Assembly (NCBI GenBank): GCA_964455675.1
Contig: CAYVYK010000009.1
Coordinates: 51,139 to 71,138, forward strand
Reading direction: 5' to 3'
Source: an uncultured Methanosarcinales archaeon
Lineage (GTDB): Archaea; Nanobdellota; Nanobdellia; Woesearchaeales; CAYVYK01
Length of the DNA: 20,000 bases
Part shown: piece after piece, positions 17,149-20,000 of the stretch
Layout of the letters: every line of letters starts with the position of its first letter
How positions within the stretch are numbered: position 1 is the stretch's first letter
Made by a program: the position numbers and the translations under genes
Notes under the pieces: model-generated
The model's input: only the letters and a program-made list of their open reading frames with translations
What the model was told of the DNA's origin: nothing
The model's database searches: none

Positions 17149-18153
17149 ATGCTTCGAGAGATCGCAATACCTGTGGTTTCACACACAAAACTCGCGGAAG
17201 CGCTCCACGCGGCTCGAGGGAACGAACTTATCGTACTCATGTACCACCGGGTCACACCAAGAGCGCGTACGAAGTACCACCCATACCTTGTCAGCGCAAG
17301 CACTGCCGCATTCGAGCAGCAGATGGAGTATATCACACGGCACTGCAAGGTACTCTCTATAGGCCAACTCATCACCTATCGAGACAGCGGCGCACCACTC
17401 CCAAAAAATAGCGTCATGGTCACGTTTGACGATGGATACCGGGACAATTACGACTTCGCATTCCCAATCCTCAAAAAGTACAAGATTCCTGCGGTCATAT
17501 CACTCACCACAGCGTTCGTCGATGGAACAATGATGTTCTGGTGGGACAAACTCGGATGGATCATTCAACACACAAAAGCGCGCGCCATCAGGATAGGAAG
17601 CACACGCGTTTCCCTTCACAACAAAACACACACGATCCTCGTCCTTGACGATGTGCTGAAACAGATGAAGGAATCCCGTCGCACAAAAATCCTTGACGAA
17701 CTTGCGCGAGATCTCAAGATCACACCGCCAAATCCAGGAGAACTGTCACTATCGTGGCAACAGGTCCAAGAGATGCATAGCGAAGGAATCGAATTCGCAG
17801 GACATACCGTTCATCACACCATACTCTCCAAGGTTGATTTTCCCACAGCGAAGCGCGAAATCGACGAATCACTACGTACGATCGAACGGAACATCGGAAC
17901 AAAGGTGCGAGTATTCGTCTACCCGAACGGCCAGAGGAACGATATGAATGACAGAATTCACGCATACCTCGCAGAAAAAAGGATGGAGTTCGTTCTCACC
18001 GGATTGTACGGACCAAACGAGGATGCAACATTCCTCCTCAAAAGGATCGGAATGGAAGCAGTGGACGACATGCGCATGTTCAAGATCAAACTTGCAGGAT
18101 TTGGGGCGTCACTTGCTGATCTTTACCTGAGGTATAGACTATGGGCATACTAG
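17149..18153 (+). CDS. Polysaccharide deacetylase (CE4, IcaB/PgaB-like motifs)
   Basis: IVLMYHRV, VMVTFDDGYRDNY, LSWQQVQEM, FAGHTVHH, FVYPNG. No signal peptide seen. Confidence 0.93.
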   Translation: MLREIAIPVVSHTKLAEALHAARGNELIVLMYHRVTPRARTKYHPYLVSASTAAFEQQMEYITRHCKVLSIGQLITYRDSGAPLPKNSVMVTFDDGYRDNYDFAFPILKKYKIPAVISLTTAFVDGTMMFWWDKLGWIIQHTKARAIRIGSTRVSLHNKTHTILVLDDVLKQMKESRRTKILDELARDLKITPPNPGELSLSWQQVQEMHSEGIEFAGHTVHHTILSKVDFPTAKREIDESLRTIERNIGTKVRVFVYPNGQRNDMNDRIHAYLAEKRMEFVLTGLYGPNEDATFLLKRIGMEAVDDMRMFKIKLAGFGASLADLYLRYRLWAY

Positions 18154-18896
18154 GAAACAAAGCGCGGATCGAAAAACACTACGATGCAAGCGCCATGCGA
18201 TGGCTCTTTCGCACAGAGGACTATCCAAACAAATACTATTTTGGATCATTCTATAAAACACTCTACTCCCCAAAACCACGGGGGGAGTACGCCATTGATC
18301 TTGGATGCGGCGCAGGAACATTCGCAGCAGAACTAGCAAGGTATCCTGTGAAAAACATTCTCGCGCTCGACTTCTCACTCAACATGCTGCAGATCGTACA
18401 AAAGGAAAAGAATCGCGTCATACCCCTCAAAGGGGACGCGGAACACCTGCCCTTCAAAGACGAAACATTCGACTTCATCGTCATGGTAGGACTCGTCGAG
18501 TGCGTCAAGCAACCCGAAATCCTGCTCCGCGAGGTACGCAGGGTCCTCAAAAAAGACGGATGGGCGGCCATCCGCTGGATTAATATGGAAGGCACGTGGC
18601 CTGTCATGGAATGGACCCGCAAAGCACTCGGTTATCCATCCGGACATTTCTCAGGAAATTTCAACTCTATCCGAAGAGCGAAGCATCTCATCAATACATC
18701 AGGACTACGACTACGAAGAATACAGGGCATGATCATCCTTCCGCTGTTCATCTTCCCGCAAAAAATCGCGCGACCTCTCGAACTCGCACTCGTGCATTCA
18801 CGCATCGCCGAAACGATAGAACCGTGGTTCAACAAGAGCGAATTCTGGATACGAACGTCGTATTACTCGTTCTGCACGCATGTGACGAAGGTGTAG
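18141..18896 (+). CDS. Class I SAM-dependent methyltransferase
   Basis: AIDLGCGAG, GDAEHLPFKDETFD, EVRRVLKKDG. GAGGT SD. Confidence 0.9.
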   Translation: MGILGNKARIEKHYDASAMRWLFRTEDYPNKYYFGSFYKTLYSPKPRGEYAIDLGCGAGTFAAELARYPVKNILALDFSLNMLQIVQKEKNRVIPLKGDAEHLPFKDETFDFIVMVGLVECVKQPEILLREVRRVLKKDGWAAIRWINMEGTWPVMEWTRKALGYPSGHFSGNFNSIRRAKHLINTSGLRLRRIQGMIILPLFIFPQKIARPLELALVHSRIAETIEPWFNKSEFWIRTSYYSFCTHVTKV

Positions 18897-18897
18897 C

Positions 18898-19926
18898 ATG
18901 AAGATTTCCACCGCCACGGACTTTGAGAGCGTACCACCATGGGAATCACTCCTCAGCGAGCAGCAAAAGCACAACCCATTCCTCCGGCGGGAATGGCTTA
19001 CGACTTGGTGGCGGACACTGGGACAGGGGGAACTCATGATTGTTCTCGCGCACGACGAGGAACTTGCAGGATTTGCACCACTCTTTAAGCATGAAGGCAC
19101 GATCAGATTCGCAGGATACCCCATGTCCGACTTTATGGATATTGTAGGAAGCCATGACGCACGAAGGGAGATCCTGAAGTATCTTCGGTCGTACAAACAT
19201 GTCATCCTCGAAGAGATACCGGAACAATCCGAGACGCTTAGCATTGGGCGAAAGAATGGAGGGAGCGTGTTCTTCACGAATGAATGCGTATCGCTTGACA
19301 CGCGAACGCACGAAAACTTCCAAGGAGCGGTCAAGAAGCGAGACATTGTGCGCCATGAGCGAAAACTGCATGCGCTTGGAAACGTCACACTCGAACGAAT
19401 ACCAAAAGACCGGATGGCTGAACACCTCGAGACATATTTTGAATTCCACCGCAAAGCATGGAAAGAAAAAGGGAATCCCAGCAAATTCGAGCACAAAAAA
19501 TATTGCGACTTCTTCCGGGAACTTGCGCAAACCATGCCAGTATGCATGTACGCCCTCCTCCTCGACGATAAGCCCATCGCGTATAGATTCTGCTTCATGT
19601 ACGGCGATACGTGCTCGCTATACTCCACGACGTATGATATCACGTATGCAGCGGACCAACCAGGCCTCATCCTCCTCGCCAAAACGCTTGAAGACATAAG
19701 GACGCGAGGATGCAGCAGGTTTGACTTCATGCGGGGCGTGGAATCGTACAAGCTGCGCTTTGCGAACGAATCATTTGACAATTATGGCATCGCGTTCATT
19801 AAAAATCCCGCACGACGAGCGATATTCCTTAGTGGCCAGATCTTAAAAGAACGGATCATGCGCAACAGGAAACTCCACAAGTTCACGATTGAATTGCGGC
19901 AGAAGATGCGGAAAGCGATTACGTAA
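18898..19926 (+). CDS. GNAT acyltransferase, CelD/BcsL family
   Basis: NPFLRREWLTTWW, LAGFAPL, MSDFMD, QPGLILL, RFDFMRGVESYKLRF. Confidence 0.88.
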   Translation: MKISTATDFESVPPWESLLSEQQKHNPFLRREWLTTWWRTLGQGELMIVLAHDEELAGFAPLFKHEGTIRFAGYPMSDFMDIVGSHDARREILKYLRSYKHVILEEIPEQSETLSIGRKNGGSVFFTNECVSLDTRTHENFQGAVKKRDIVRHERKLHALGNVTLERIPKDRMAEHLETYFEFHRKAWKEKGNPSKFEHKKYCDFFRELAQTMPVCMYALLLDDKPIAYRFCFMYGDTCSLYSTTYDITYAADQPGLILLAKTLEDIRTRGCSRFDFMRGVESYKLRFANESFDNYGIAFIKNPARRAIFLSGQILKERIMRNRKLHKFTIELRQKMRKAIT

Positions 19927-20000
19927 GAGATACTATGGTCGGCTTAGAGGAACTGCGGTTACGAACGCCACCTAAATTTTTCTGAAGAATAATGCTCCGG

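Noticed and set aside
18798..19781. 327-aa minus-strand ORF, and the 194-aa ORF 18946..19530
   Set aside because: Ser/Arg-rich or motif-free antisense shadows of the well-supported CelD GNAT gene.
19919..20000. 3' end of a convergent minus-strand gene
   Set aside because: Too short to choose a frame; all three frames give short stop-terminated peptides.
1..20000. CRISPR array, tRNA/rRNA, IS element, or diversity-generating retroelement repeats
   Set aside because: No periodic repeats, cloverleaf, transposase, reverse transcriptase or long near-identical repeat pair was noticed by eye. A computational self-alignment was not possible.

Overview
Archaeal DNA, most likely DPANN/Woesearchaeota-like. 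This is inferred from a stand-alone ribosomal protein S27ae with a degenerate zinc ribbon, TATA boxes 21-23 nt before start codons, and DUF1616-like proteins. Positions 1-6.7 kb hold mixed surface and housekeeping genes: a partial GT-C glycosyltransferase missed by the ORF track, a small membrane protein, a pilin-like gene with a bacterial-type (Planctomycetes-like) prepilin helix, rps27ae, a YceI lipoprotein, a PRTase-fold protein, a large membrane-anchored CE4 deacetylase, and a secreted fibre-like protein with a C1q-like tip. Positions 6.8-19.9 kb are a surface polysaccharide locus in four alternating transcription units: two GT4s, a split and order-swapped DUF1616 pair, GT2, a GH39-like hydrolase, a coupled kinase plus methyltransferase, a Wzx-type flippase, a GT-C-like membrane protein, a CE4 deacetylase, a second methyltransferase and a CelD/BcsL GNAT. 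No rRNA, tRNA, CRISPR array or mobile element was recognised. All family calls come from motif recognition by eye; no database search was run.
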